Of a DNA stretch of 64,000 bases, positions 1-8,997 are shown piece by piece. The notes beneath the pieces were generated by a model, which had not been told where the DNA came from, searched no databases, and worked only from the letters and a program-made list of their open reading frames with translations. The first letter of the stretch is position 1. The number at the start of each line of letters is the position of its first letter. Position numbers and translations under genes: made by a program. The DNA is from an uncultured Eubacteriales bacterium. Its GTDB lineage: Bacteria; Acidobacteriota; Aminicenantia; Aminicenantales; UBA4085. The stretch is taken from positions 6,720-70,719 of the forward strand of contig CAZIDN010000007.1 of assembly GCA_964537875.1 (NCBI GenBank), read 5' to 3'.

Positions 1-1
1 C

Positions 2-1558
2 GGTTCTGCATCCGGCCTGACCGCCGGATCCGTTCGGTTCGCCGTTTCCATCGACCCCGCGATCAGGACCGAACCTACATCGGGACGTATCCTGTTTCTC
101 CTCTCGCGGACCGAAAAGTTCAATCTGGGCATGAACGGGTCGCCCGTCTTTGGGAAGAACGTCGATGACCTAAGGCCGGGAGACCGGGTTTATATCGACG
201 AGACCGCCTTCGGCTATCCTATCCGGAGCCTGCGCAACATTCCCGAAGGCGAATATTTTGTTCAAGCCTGGCTTAACATCTACACGACCTTCAAGCGCTC
301 TGACGGCAAAATCATCAAGCTCCACATGGACCAGGGAGAAGGCCAGAACTGGCGCCGATCGCCGGGGAATCTTTTCAGCGACCCGGTTAAGGTAAAAATC
401 GCTGCGGCGGGTGAAGCCGAGCCTGCTCCCATCGTCCTAAACCGAGTCGTGCCGCCTATCCCCCCTTATCAAGACACGATGCATCTCAAACACATCAAAA
501 TCCAGAGCAAGCTTCTGACGGAATTCTGGGGACGGCCGATGGAAATCGGGGCGAACATCCTGCTGCCCAAGGGCTACGACGAGCATCCGGATGTCCGCTA
601 CCCGGTTCATTACATCCAAGGCCATTTTCCGCGCGGCAACGTCGGGCGCTTCAGCGAGGATCCCAACAACGCCGCCAACAAGATTTGGAACTCGGATAAT
701 ATGCCCCGCTTCATCCAGGTGACGATCGAGCACGCCTGTCCGTACTATGACGACTCCTACGGGGTGAATTCCGAGAACGCCGGTCCCTACGGCGATGCGA
801 TCATCACCGAGCTCATCCCTATCATTGAGAAGACCTTCCGGGCCATCGGCCAGCCTTGGGCCCGGGTGCTTTCGGGAGGCTCGACCGGAGGCTGGATTTC
901 CCTGGCCATGCAGGTCTTCTATCCCGACTTTTTCGGCGGAACCTGGACTTTCTGTCCCGACCCGGTGGATTTCCGAAAATACCAGATCGTTAATCTCTAT
1001 AATGACAAGAACGCTTACTATATCGAATATGAATGGACGCGCGTGCCGCGCGGCGGCGAGCGGGATACAAGCGGCAACATCATATACACTCAAGAACAGG
1101 AGAACCTTTACGAGGAAGCGATCGGCGACCGGTTCCGGTCTGGAGGACAATGGGCTATATGGAACGCGGTCTTTGCGCCCGTCGCTGAGGACGGCTACCC
1201 CAAGCCGCTCTGGGACCCGGTCACGGGAAAGATCGACAAGGATGCCGTAGCTTGGGCCGGCGAGCGCTACGATTTGCGCCGCTACTTGGAGAAGAACTGG
1301 GCGGCGGCCGGAACGAAGCTCGCTGGCAAAATCCACGTCTATTGCGGGCGCATGGATAACTTCTACCTCAACGAGGCCTGTTACCTGCTCCAAGAGTTTC
1401 TGGAGAGCGCGACGAATCCGCCCTATGGAGGCGAGTTCAAGTACGGCGACCGCGGCGGACACGGCTGGAACCCGTTCAGGGGCGACGCGCTGCAGCGAAC
1501 CATGGCCGAGCATGTCCTGCAAAATTCGCCGGATAAAAAGAAGGATTGGATCTATTGA
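2..1558 (+). CDS. Putative esterase / alpha-beta hydrolase family protein (enterochelin-esterase-like). The N-terminus lies outside the window, because the frame is open from position 2.
   Basis: No stop codon occurs in frame from nt 2 up to the listed ATG at 131, so the gene is 5'-truncated by the window. A GGSTGGW-type motif lies in an alpha/beta-hydrolase-like context. The family assignment is by recollection only. Confidence 0.4.
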   Translation, partial: GSASGLTAGSVRFAVSIDPAIRTEPTSGRILFLLSRTEKFNLGMNGSPVFGKNVDDLRPGDRVYIDETAFGYPIRSLRNIPEGEYFVQAWLNIYTTFKRSDGKIIKLHMDQGEGQNWRRSPGNLFSDPVKVKIAAAGEAEPAPIVLNRVVPPIPPYQDTMHLKHIKIQSKLLTEFWGRPMEIGANILLPKGYDEHPDVRYPVHYIQGHFPRGNVGRFSEDPNNAANKIWNSDNMPRFIQVTIEHACPYYDDSYGVNSENAGPYGDAIITELIPIIEKTFRAIGQPWARVLSGGSTGGWISLAMQVFYPDFFGGTWTFCPDPVDFRKYQIVNLYNDKNAYYIEYEWTRVPRGGERDTSGNIIYTQEQENLYEEAIGDRFRSGGQWAIWNAVFAPVAEDGYPKPLWDPVTGKIDKDAVAWAGERYDLRRYLEKNWAAAGTKLAGKIHVYCGRMDNFYLNEACYLLQEFLESATNPPYGGEFKYGDRGGHGWNPFRGDALQRTMAEHVLQNSPDKKKDWIY

Positions 1559-1565
1559 GAGGTAT

Positions 1566-1634
1566 GGGGTCAAACCTACTCGTTACGCTAAATTCTCTCG
1601 GGGAAGATGCGTAACGAGTAGGTTTGACCCCGGA
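1566..1634. repeat. Family-A palindromic element, copy A1. GGGGTCAAACCTACTCGTTACGC / loop TAAATTCTCTCGGGGAAGAT / GCGTAACGAGTAGGTTTGACCCCGGA. A partial tail TATTGACCCGGGATT follows.
   Basis: A perfect 23-bp stem is seen directly in the sequence. It sits immediately 3' of the stop of the first CDS. Three related copies are at 13529, 14064 and 16609. Confidence 0.85.
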
Positions 1635-1663
1635 TATTGACCCGGGATTCTTTCGGGAGCAAC

Positions 1664-2371
1664 ATGACGGAAAAAAAAGACAGGAAAAAAAGAGATAAGA
1701 GCGTCGTCCGCGAATATTTTGAGCTCATCGCCGAGACGGCCGTCTTCGTCTTTTTCGTGATGACGTTCGTCGTCCAGGCTTTCCAGATTCCCACGGGCTC
1801 GATGGAGCCGACGCTCCTCGTCGGCGACTTCCTCCTGGTCAACAAGCTCATCTATGCCAACACGATCTCGCCCATCGAAGAGAAAATTCTCTCCCGGAGA
1901 AATATCAAACGGAAAGACATCATTGTCTTCAAATGGCCGAATGACCTGACCAAGGATTTCGTCAAACGCGCCATCGGGCTGCCGGGAGAAAAACTGGAGA
2001 TCAAAAACAAGCAGGTTTATATCAACGACAGGCCGTTGGAGGAAAAATACAAGGTCCACTCCGACAGCGATATTAGGTCCGCGAATGATGCTGCCAATTA
2101 CAGTAATGACCCCCGCGACAATTTCGGCCCGGTCATCGTCCCCGAAGGGCATATTTTTGCCATGGGCGACAATCGCGACAACAGCGATGACAGTCGCTTC
2201 TGGGGCTTTTTGCCGCTCACCAACGTGAAAGGACGGCCGTGGTTCATCTACTTCTCTTACCAGGCGGAGCGGGACGCATACCAGAAGACCGGCTTCAGGG
2301 ACAGGTTGAATAAGCTGGTCAATTTCCTGCCGAAAGCAAGGTGGCGGCGGATCCTGAAAGTGATTCGCTGA
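1664..2371 (+). CDS. lepB: Signal peptidase I (S26 family)
   Basis: An N-terminal TM segment is present. The motifs GSMEPTL (catalytic Ser box), KRAIGLPGE (Lys box) and GDNRDNSDDSRFWGF (box E) are present. The ATG at 1664 is preferred over the tracked TTG at 1637 because a GGGAG Shine-Dalgarno lies 5 nt upstream. Confidence 0.85.
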   Translation: MTEKKDRKKRDKSVVREYFELIAETAVFVFFVMTFVVQAFQIPTGSMEPTLLVGDFLLVNKLIYANTISPIEEKILSRRNIKRKDIIVFKWPNDLTKDFVKRAIGLPGEKLEIKNKQVYINDRPLEEKYKVHSDSDIRSANDAANYSNDPRDNFGPVIVPEGHIFAMGDNRDNSDDSRFWGFLPLTNVKGRPWFIYFSYQAERDAYQKTGFRDRLNKLVNFLPKARWRRILKVIR

Positions 2372-2444
2372 TCGGCAAAATGAGATTTTTTTCTTTTAAT
2401 TTATTCCCAGGCTACGAAAAAAGGCCGGTTTTCGAAAACCCAAA

Positions 2445-2473
2445 TTGACAGGGCCTGCCGTATTCCTTATAAT
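2445..2473 (+). promoter_or_regulatory. Consensus sigma70-type promoter, TTGACA-17nt-TATAAT. A 14-bp perfect palindrome GGTTTTCGAAAACC (2427-2440) abuts the -35 and is a possible operator.
   Basis: Both hexamers match consensus exactly with a 17-nt spacer. The element lies 32 nt upstream of a small ORF that has a strong Shine-Dalgarno. Confidence 0.45.
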
Positions 2474-2504
2474 TCCTTCATGATTATGCAGGGGAGAAAA
2501 TAAT

Positions 2505-2687
2505 ATGTACGTTCTCACCGTCCACTTTAATGATGATACTTCGATTTCCGAGGATTTCGATATGCTGAGCCAGGCAGAAATCAGAGCCCACAAATTTTTG
2601 CAATCCGGATATAAAGGGAAGCAGGGAGAGAAGACGATCTTTTATCCTGTCCATACGATCAAAAAACTCGAGATCGCAACGAAATAG
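2505..2687 (+). CDS. Orphan small protein (60 aa), function unknown
   Basis: A GGGGAG Shine-Dalgarno sits 8 nt before the ATG. A perfect consensus promoter is upstream and a hairpin downstream. The ORF lies in an AT-rich (~40% GC) patch of a ~60% GC genome. No recognisable motifs were found. Confidence 0.4.
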   Translation: MYVLTVHFNDDTSISEDFDMLSQAEIRAHKFLQSGYKGKQGEKTIFYPVHTIKKLEIATK

Positions 2688-2713
2688 GAGACAGGGACAT
2701 CTGGGGGGACATA

Positions 2714-2735
2714 GCACTTTGTCCCCTGCTTTGAA
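2714..2735 (+). terminator. Hairpin GGGGACA-tagcactt-TGTCCCC followed by TGCTTTG. Weak intrinsic-terminator candidate for the small ORF.
   Basis: A 7-bp GC-rich stem with a U-containing tail lies right after the stop at 2687. Confidence 0.25.
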
Positions 2736-2982
2736 AAAGATATTTATTGGAAAATATTTCCTCTTTGCCGCGGCCGGAGCCCTGAACTCGGTAATTTCGC
2801 TTTTTTATTATTTTCGCATCGGCAGGGCTATGTTCATGGAAGAGAGTCTTCCGGATGTCCGCATCGAGCCTTCGGTCCCTGTCATTGCGGTCCTGGCGTT
2901 TTCGGCCCTGGCCCTCCTCGTTTTCGGTATTTTTCCTTCTCTCCTGACATCCTTGGCGGCCGCCTCGACCCTTCTCAATTAG
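2719..2982 (+). pseudogene. NuoN / antiporter-subunit C-terminal remnant (~85 aa, ...SVISLFYYFRIGRAMFMEE...), probable gene fragment
   Basis: The sequence matches the conserved C-terminal helix of NuoN/MnhD-type subunits (aVisLyYYlRvv...). There is no N-terminal 400+ aa. Its ATG lies inside the preceding hairpin and no Shine-Dalgarno is present. Confidence 0.35.
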
Positions 2983-3019
2983 CCGCAAAAATAACTTCGT
3001 TTTTCCCTCCAAGAAAGCC

Positions 3020-3049
3020 TTGACATTCCCCTTCGGAAAAAAATATACT
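3020..3049 (+). promoter_or_regulatory. Candidate promoter of the hydrogenase operon, TTGACA-18nt-TATACT
   Basis: The -35 is consensus and the -10 is near-consensus, ending about 12 nt before the ATG at 3061. The leader is therefore very short. Confidence 0.35.
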
Positions 3050-3060
3050 TTGCCTTCAAA

Positions 3061-4485
3061 ATGAACATTGAGACAATAACACTTCTCACTGTTTTTGTCC
3101 CAATCATTGGCGCCCTCACCATCCCGCTGGCCAGCCTCATCTCTAAGTCCGCCCGGTCGGCCTGGTCCGTCCTCCTCGGCGGCGTCACCGCGCTCCTCCC
3201 CTTGCTCCTCATCCCGACGGCCATCAGCGGCGGCGAAACCATTATCCGGAAGGAGTTCATCCTGGGGCTGGACTTCATCCTCATCATCGACCCTCTGTCC
3301 ATTTTCATGTCCATCGTCTCCTCGTTCGTCGGCTTCCTGATCATCGTCTATTCCCTCGGCTACATCCATCACGAGGAAAACCAGAATGAATACTACCTGA
3401 TGGTGGTCCTCTTCATCGGGGCCATGATGGGGCTGGTGTATTCGGGAAACCTGATCTTCATCTATCTTTTCTGGGAGATCATCGCCATCTGCTGCTGGCG
3501 CCTGATCGGATTTTACCGGCTGAAGGATCATATCCTCAAGGCCGACAAGGCCTTCCTGGTCACGTTCTTCGGGGCCGTGGTCATGCTCCTGGGATTCATC
3601 CAGATCTACGGAAGCACGAATTCATTCGACTTGACGGCAATGCGCGGAACTATGATTCCCGGGACCGCCGTCCTGATGATCCTCTTCGGCATGTTCTCCA
3701 AATCGGCGACGGTGCCCCTTCACACCTGGCTACCAGACGCCGGCGTCGCACCGACGACGGTGACCGCTTTGCTCCACGCGGCGGTGCTCGTCAAAATCGG
3801 CGTCTATGCCTACGCCCGACTTTTCTTGTATACGTTCAAGCTCCCCGGTGACTGGCCGCAGGTCATCCCCATCCTGGCCGTCATCTCGAGCTTGATCGCG
3901 GCCGCTGCGGCGACGGTTGAAAACGACTTCAAGCGCATCCTGGCCTACTCGACGGTAAGCCAGATCGGCTATATCTTTCTTGGCTTCAGTGTGGCCAACC
4001 AATCCGGGGTCTCGGGCTCGTTGCTTTTCATCCTGATGCACGGCCTGGCCAAGGCCGGACTCTTCCTCTGCGCCGGGATCGTCATCCACGCTACGCACAA
4101 ACGGGACATCCGAGAAATGGGCGGGCTGATCAAGACCATGCCCATCACCGCCGTCGCCTTCCTGCTCTGCTCTTTCTCGGTCATCGGCATTCCTCCCTTC
4201 GGAGGCTTCTTCTCCAAGTTCCTGGTCATCATGGGAACCGTCCAGGCCGGACAGGTCTGGGTTGCGGCCGTCGCCCTCTTCACGGCCGTCCTGACCATGT
4301 TTTACCTGCTCAAGGTTTTCAGCCAGGTCTTCCTGGGAGAAGTGAAAATCGCCGCGCCGGAAAAAACGAGATCCATGATTTTTGTCGTCGCCCTCCTGGC
4401 CATCTTATCCCTGGTCGCGGGCATCTTCGTCTCTTATCCCGCCAAAATGGCCGAGATCGCGACGACCCATATCATTGGCGGCTAA
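3061..4485 (+). CDS. Group 4 [NiFe]-hydrogenase membrane subunit, NuoL/M/N-type proton-pumping antiporter-like (HyfB/MnhD-like), copy 1
   Basis: Polytopic membrane protein. It carries the hallmark motifs PLHTWLPDA...TTVTALLHAA...KIGVYAYARL and AYSTVSQIGYIFLG. Confidence 0.8.
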   Translation: MNIETITLLTVFVPIIGALTIPLASLISKSARSAWSVLLGGVTALLPLLLIPTAISGGETIIRKEFILGLDFILIIDPLSIFMSIVSSFVGFLIIVYSLGYIHHEENQNEYYLMVVLFIGAMMGLVYSGNLIFIYLFWEIIAICCWRLIGFYRLKDHILKADKAFLVTFFGAVVMLLGFIQIYGSTNSFDLTAMRGTMIPGTAVLMILFGMFSKSATVPLHTWLPDAGVAPTTVTALLHAAVLVKIGVYAYARLFLYTFKLPGDWPQVIPILAVISSLIAAAAATVENDFKRILAYSTVSQIGYIFLGFSVANQSGVSGSLLFILMHGLAKAGLFLCAGIVIHATHKRDIREMGGLIKTMPITAVAFLLCSFSVIGIPPFGGFFSKFLVIMGTVQAGQVWVAAVALFTAVLTMFYLLKVFSQVFLGEVKIAAPEKTRSMIFVVALLAILSLVAGIFVSYPAKMAEIATTHIIGG

Positions 4486-4486
4486 A

Positions 4487-6352
4487 ATGACACCGAACAT
4501 GCTTCTATGGCCGATTCTCCTGCCGGCCCTCATTGCCATCATCTGCCTGATCATTCCCAAGCGCATCAAATATCTCAGAGAAGCCATAGCCCTGATAGCC
4601 TCCCTCGTCGTCCTCTACATGGGATTTAAGCTCTTCTCCGTCAAAAACCTGGAATTCCGCCTCCCCTGGATGGGACAGGGCATTAATTTCGAGCTTCGGC
4701 TGTACCATTTTTCGAGCTTCATCCTGCTCGGCCTGGCCGGATTTCTCTTCCTCATCACCCTATATTCCATCGTCAAGATGAAGGACCACCCACGCCGGAA
4801 TGAATATTATGCCTATGTCTTCCTGTCCGCCGCGCTGGCCAACGGGGCCGTCTTAGCCGACAACTTCGTCCCGCTGGTCTTCTTCTGGGAAGGCCTGCTT
4901 TTGACGCTCTACGGCCTGATCTCGCTCGGCCGGAAAGAATCCAACCGGACCGCGGTCAAGGCGTTCATCATCAGCGGGTTCTGCGATTTTTGCATGATCC
5001 TCGGGATCGGCATCCTCTGGACGATCACCGGCACGCTGACCATGTCCCAGATCTCGATCAAACCCGAAGGCCCGGCCGCGGCCGCGTTCATCCTGATGAT
5101 GATCGGCGCCATCGGAAAAGCGGGGGCCATGCCGTTCCACACCTGGATCCCCGATGCCGCCATCGATGCTCCCGTGACCTTCATGGCCTTCATGCCGGCC
5201 TCCTTTGAAAAGCTGCTGGGCATCTACCTTCTGGCCCGGATCACGCTCGACCTTTTCAAATTGGAAAAGGGCAGCGCTCTGTCCCTCACTCTGATGATCA
5301 TCGGCGCCGCGACCATCGTCTTCGCGGTCATGATGGCCCTCATCCAGAAGGATTTCAAGCGGCTGCTCTCCTATCACGCCGTGAGCCAGGTCGGATACAT
5401 GATCCTGGGCATCGGAACGGCCATTCCCATCGGCATTGCCGGCGGGATCTTCCACATGATTAACCACGCCATGTATAAATGCGGGCTCTTCTTGAGCGCA
5501 GGCTCGGTCGAGCACCGGACCGGAACAACGGAGCTGAAAAAACTGGGCGGCCTGAGCAGAGAGATGCCCTGGACGGCCTTCGGTTTTTCAGTTTGCGCTC
5601 TGGCCATCTCGGGAGTCTGGCCCCTCAACGGCTTTGTCTCCAAGGAAATGGTGTTCCACGGCGCCCTGGAAAGCGGCTATACCATCTTCGCCATCGCCGC
5701 TTGGGTCGGCGCGATCTTCACTTTCGCCTCGTTCCTCAAGGCCGGCCATTCCGTGTTCTTCGGGCCAAGAACGAAGGACGTTCCCGCCGTCAAAGAGAGC
5801 CAAGGCGCCATCGTCGTCCCGATCCTGATCCTGGCGATCCTCTGCATCACCTTCGGCGTGTTCAACAAGCTGCCCTTGACCAACTTCATCCAGCCCATTC
5901 TTGAAGGCCACTTCGAGGCCGGCGAAAGCATCGACTTCACGGCCCATGCCCTGAGCATCTTCAACCCCGTGGCCGGCATCTCGATCCTCTGCCTGCTGAT
6001 CGCCCTGGCCATCCATTTCTACGGCTGGAAACGCGGCGGCAAGAAAGCCTACATGGCCTCCGAGCCCGTTCACAAGTTCCCCGGGATCAAACAGGTTTAT
6101 GACCTGGCCGAAGCCCGCGTCTTCGACCTCTACGAACAGGGCATCATCTTCCTGAGAGGGCTGTCGGTCGTCCTGTTCAAGGGAATCGACCGGCCCATCG
6201 ATTTCTTCTACGAGAAAATCGTCACAGCCGTGGGCAGGGCCTTCACCGGCGTTTTGAGTAAAGCCCATACCGGCCATTACGCCAATTACCTGGCCTGGTG
6301 CCTGGCCGGGCTGCTCGTCATTGCCACCCTGATCAATTTGCTGATAAAATAG
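4487..6352 (+). CDS. Group 4 [NiFe]-hydrogenase membrane subunit, NuoL-type antiporter-like (long form, ~620 aa), copy 2
   Basis: Motifs MPFHTWIPDA and SYHAVSQVGYMILG are present. The ATG at 4487 follows the stop of the previous gene by 1 nt. The tracked start at 4382 overlaps the upstream gene and is unlikely. Confidence 0.8.
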   Translation: MTPNMLLWPILLPALIAIICLIIPKRIKYLREAIALIASLVVLYMGFKLFSVKNLEFRLPWMGQGINFELRLYHFSSFILLGLAGFLFLITLYSIVKMKDHPRRNEYYAYVFLSAALANGAVLADNFVPLVFFWEGLLLTLYGLISLGRKESNRTAVKAFIISGFCDFCMILGIGILWTITGTLTMSQISIKPEGPAAAAFILMMIGAIGKAGAMPFHTWIPDAAIDAPVTFMAFMPASFEKLLGIYLLARITLDLFKLEKGSALSLTLMIIGAATIVFAVMMALIQKDFKRLLSYHAVSQVGYMILGIGTAIPIGIAGGIFHMINHAMYKCGLFLSAGSVEHRTGTTELKKLGGLSREMPWTAFGFSVCALAISGVWPLNGFVSKEMVFHGALESGYTIFAIAAWVGAIFTFASFLKAGHSVFFGPRTKDVPAVKESQGAIVVPILILAILCITFGVFNKLPLTNFIQPILEGHFEAGESIDFTAHALSIFNPVAGISILCLLIALAIHFYGWKRGGKKAYMASEPVHKFPGIKQVYDLAEARVFDLYEQGIIFLRGLSVVLFKGIDRPIDFFYEKIVTAVGRAFTGVLSKAHTGHYANYLAWCLAGLLVIATLINLLIK

Positions 6353-6383
6353 TTAATTTGAAGAAAGATATAGAGGAGGACCT

Positions 6384-7865
6384 TTGATTTTCCTGTTCAT
6401 CGGCTTGCCCATCCTGGCCGCCGCCGTCCTGCCCCTGATAGGGAAAATATCCAAAAAATTTCTGCCCGATCTCGTCTCCAACGCCGTTTTCCTCTTCCTC
6501 CTCGTCCTTGCCGCAACCTCCGGCCGCCAGATGATCAGCCAGGGTCCCATCCTCAAGCAGCTCAACTGGCTGGGCGAACCGGTCAGCATCCAGGTCGCGG
6601 TCGACGGCTTCAGCCTGTTCATGCTGATGGTCATTTCGCTCCTGACCCTGTGCGTCGGCCTGTTTTCCATCAACTATATGGACCATTACGGCTCCAAGTC
6701 CATCTACTACGCCCTCCTTCTGATGATGATGGCGGGGATGAACGGGCTCGTCCTCGTGACCGACCTCTTCAGCGTTTATCTTTTCCTGGAAGTCGCCGCG
6801 ATCGCTTCCTACTCCCTTGTCGCCTACGGCCTGGAGCACGACGAGCTCGAGGCCTCCTTTAAATATTTGATGCTCTCGGTCATCGCCTCGGCGGGCATTC
6901 TGCTCAGCATCGCCGTCATCTTCGGAATGACGGGGAACCTCGGCTTTGCCGCCGTGGCCGAAAGCCTGCGGAGCCTGGACGCCAAATTCGTGGTCGGTTT
7001 TTGCGCCGCCCTCTTTATCATGGGCTTCGGCTTGAAGGCGGCCCTCGTCCCCTTTCATGCCTGGCTTCCGGACGCCCACCCTTCCGCGCCGGCCCCGATC
7101 TCGGCCATCCTGTCCGGCCTGCTCATCAAAGTTTCCGGCGTCTATGCTCTGGCCAGAATATTTTTTAACGTCTTCGGCCTGACCCCCGCCCTTTCCCAGA
7201 TCTTAATGTATCTCGGCGCCATTTCCATCGTGGTCGCCGCCTTTCTCGCCCTCGGCCAGAAAGACATGAAGCGCATGCTCGCCTACTCTTCGATCAGCCA
7301 GGTGGGATATGTCGTCCTGGGCCTGGGGATCGGCACGCCGCTGGGAATCGCCGGCGGGCTCTTCCATCTCTTCAATCACGCCGTGGCCAAAGGGCTCCTC
7401 TTCTTGAATTCAGGCTCGGTCCAGCAGTCGACCGGAACGCGAAACCTTGATGAAATGGGAGGATTGGCCAGGCGGATGCCCGTGACCGCGGCCACCAACC
7501 TCGTCGGCTCGCTCTCGATCTCGGGCGTACCGCCCCTCGGCGGATTCTGGAGCAAGCTGATCATCATCATGGCCCTGGTCCAGGCGGACGAGTGGTTCCT
7601 GGCCGTCGTCGCCGTCCTGGCCAGCGTGCTCACCCTCTGGTACTATCTCCTCATCCAGCGCAAGGCCTTCTTCGGCAAGTTGAATGAGCGCTGGAAGGAT
7701 GTCAAGGAGGCGCCGTTCTGGATGACGGCCTCGACCGTCATCCTGGCGCTCCTCGTCATCGGCATCGGCATCTTTTTCTCGACCGTCATATCATCCTGGA
7801 TCCAGCCCGCTTCGGACGTGCTGGCCAAGGGAGTCAATCTCTTGTTCGCGTCATGGGGATTTTAG
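6384..7865 (+). CDS. Group 4 [NiFe]-hydrogenase membrane subunit, NuoM/N-type antiporter-like (HyfD/F-like), copy 3
   Basis: Motifs VPFHAWLPDAHPSAPAPISAILSGLLIKVSGVYALARI and AYSSISQVGYVVLG are present. It uses a TTG start preceded by a GAGGAGGA Shine-Dalgarno. Confidence 0.8.
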   Translation: MIFLFIGLPILAAAVLPLIGKISKKFLPDLVSNAVFLFLLVLAATSGRQMISQGPILKQLNWLGEPVSIQVAVDGFSLFMLMVISLLTLCVGLFSINYMDHYGSKSIYYALLLMMMAGMNGLVLVTDLFSVYLFLEVAAIASYSLVAYGLEHDELEASFKYLMLSVIASAGILLSIAVIFGMTGNLGFAAVAESLRSLDAKFVVGFCAALFIMGFGLKAALVPFHAWLPDAHPSAPAPISAILSGLLIKVSGVYALARIFFNVFGLTPALSQILMYLGAISIVVAAFLALGQKDMKRMLAYSSISQVGYVVLGLGIGTPLGIAGGLFHLFNHAVAKGLLFLNSGSVQQSTGTRNLDEMGGLARRMPVTAATNLVGSLSISGVPPLGGFWSKLIIIMALVQADEWFLAVVAVLASVLTLWYYLLIQRKAFFGKLNERWKDVKEAPFWMTASTVILALLVIGIGIFFSTVISSWIQPASDVLAKGVNLLFASWGF

Positions 7866-7868
7866 AAG

Positions 7869-8351
7869 ATGATTCTGCAAATCGTTCTTTTAAGCGGATT
7901 GCTTCTCTTCTCCATCCTGGCCATCCTGTCCAAGGACCTTCTTAAATCGGCCATCAGCCTGGCCATCGCCAGCCTCCTTCTCGGAATCATTTTTTTCCGA
8001 ATGAGCGCTCCCTACGCCGGCGTCTTCGAGATTTCGGTCGTGGCCGGCTTGATCACGGTCCTCTTCATCCTGACCATCGCCCTAACCAAGGCGGAAGGCG
8101 ACGTCCGCGAGGCCAAGCTGGCCAAGCTCGTGTTCCCCCTGTTTTTCGTGATCTTCATCCTCATCGACGTCTTCGTCATGAAGAGCCTCCTCCAGAAGAT
8201 ACCGGCGCTCCCCGAGACCGCGGAGCAAGGCACCTTCGGGGATGTCCTGTGGAAGCAGAGGACGTTCGACCTCATCGGCCAGCTGGCGGTCATACTGGCG
8301 GGAGTCTTCTCCGTCCTGGCCCTGTTCCGAAAGAGGGACAAAAATGAATAA
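7869..8351 (+). CDS. Small hydrophobic hydrogenase/Mrp-type subunit (MnhB-like)
   Basis: A 160-aa protein with four predicted TM helices. Its position in the operon matches MnhB/MbhF-type subunits. Confidence 0.45.
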   Translation: MILQIVLLSGLLLFSILAILSKDLLKSAISLAIASLLLGIIFFRMSAPYAGVFEISVVAGLITVLFILTIALTKAEGDVREAKLAKLVFPLFFVIFILIDVFVMKSLLQKIPALPETAEQGTFGDVLWKQRTFDLIGQLAVILAGVFSVLALFRKRDKNE

Positions 8352-8652
8352 CACCTGGTTTCTATACATGGGCTTCGCGGCCGGCTTGATTTTTGTCGGC
8401 GTCTACTGTCTGTTGGCCATGAAAAACGTGATCAAGCTCTTCATCGGCATCGAAGTCATCAGCAAGGGCGTCAGCCTGGCCCTGCTGGCCAGCGGATTCG
8501 TCAGGAAGAACACGCTCCTGGCCCAGAGCCTGGTCATCACCTTCATCGTGGTCGAAGTCAGCCTCGTCGCCACCGCCTTGGCCATCATCATCAACATCTA
8601 CAAGCACACCAAGAGCCTGGACATCCGGAAGCTGACGAAATTGAAAGGGTAA
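8344..8652 (+). CDS. NuoK/MnhC-like small membrane subunit
   Basis: About 100 aa with 3 TM helices and a KNVIKLFIGIEVISKGVSLALL pattern typical of the NuoK/MnhC family. The ATG at 8344 overlaps the upstream stop by 8 nt. Confidence 0.5.
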   Translation: MNNTWFLYMGFAAGLIFVGVYCLLAMKNVIKLFIGIEVISKGVSLALLASGFVRKNTLLAQSLVITFIVVEVSLVATALAIIINIYKHTKSLDIRKLTKLKG

Positions 8653-8655
8653 ATT

Positions 8656-8997
8656 ATGAAAGGGATCGATATTCTTATCTCGCCGCCCGTGGCCTTCGTC
8701 CTCTTCCTCATCATCGCTTTTCTGCTCACCCTGCTCGGCAAGCGGATGGCGCCTCGGCTCACCAAAACCGGCGGAAAGCTCACAACCTACGCCTGCGGAG
8801 AGGACATCCCGGGCGTAAAGGTCCAGTTCGGCTACCGGCTTTTCTTTTTCGTGGCCTTGTTCTTCACCATCATGCACGTCGCCACCCTGATGATCGCGAC
8901 GGTGCCGTCCGGCAAGATCGTCTGGTTCGCCGTCCTGTACCTGGCCGTGATCTTCCTGTCCATCATGGCCCTCGTGACAAGGAGCGGAAATGCTTAA
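8656..8997 (+). CDS. NuoA-like membrane subunit
   Basis: A 113-aa protein with 3 TM helices and a YACGEDIP motif, which matches the NuoA YECG signature. Confidence 0.5.
   Translation: MKGIDILISPPVAFVLFLIIAFLLTLLGKRMAPRLTKTGGKLTTYACGEDIPGVKVQFGYRLFFFVALFFTIMHVATLMIATVPSGKIVWFAVLYLAVIFLSIMALVTRSGNA

Noticed and set aside
437-1573. 378-aa minus-strand ORF and 151-aa plus-strand ORF (795-1250) overlapping the first CDS
   Set aside because: They are antisense or alternative-frame ORFs inside a gene with clear esterase-like coding signal. Long spurious ORFs of this kind are typical of high-GC DNA, and they carry no motifs.
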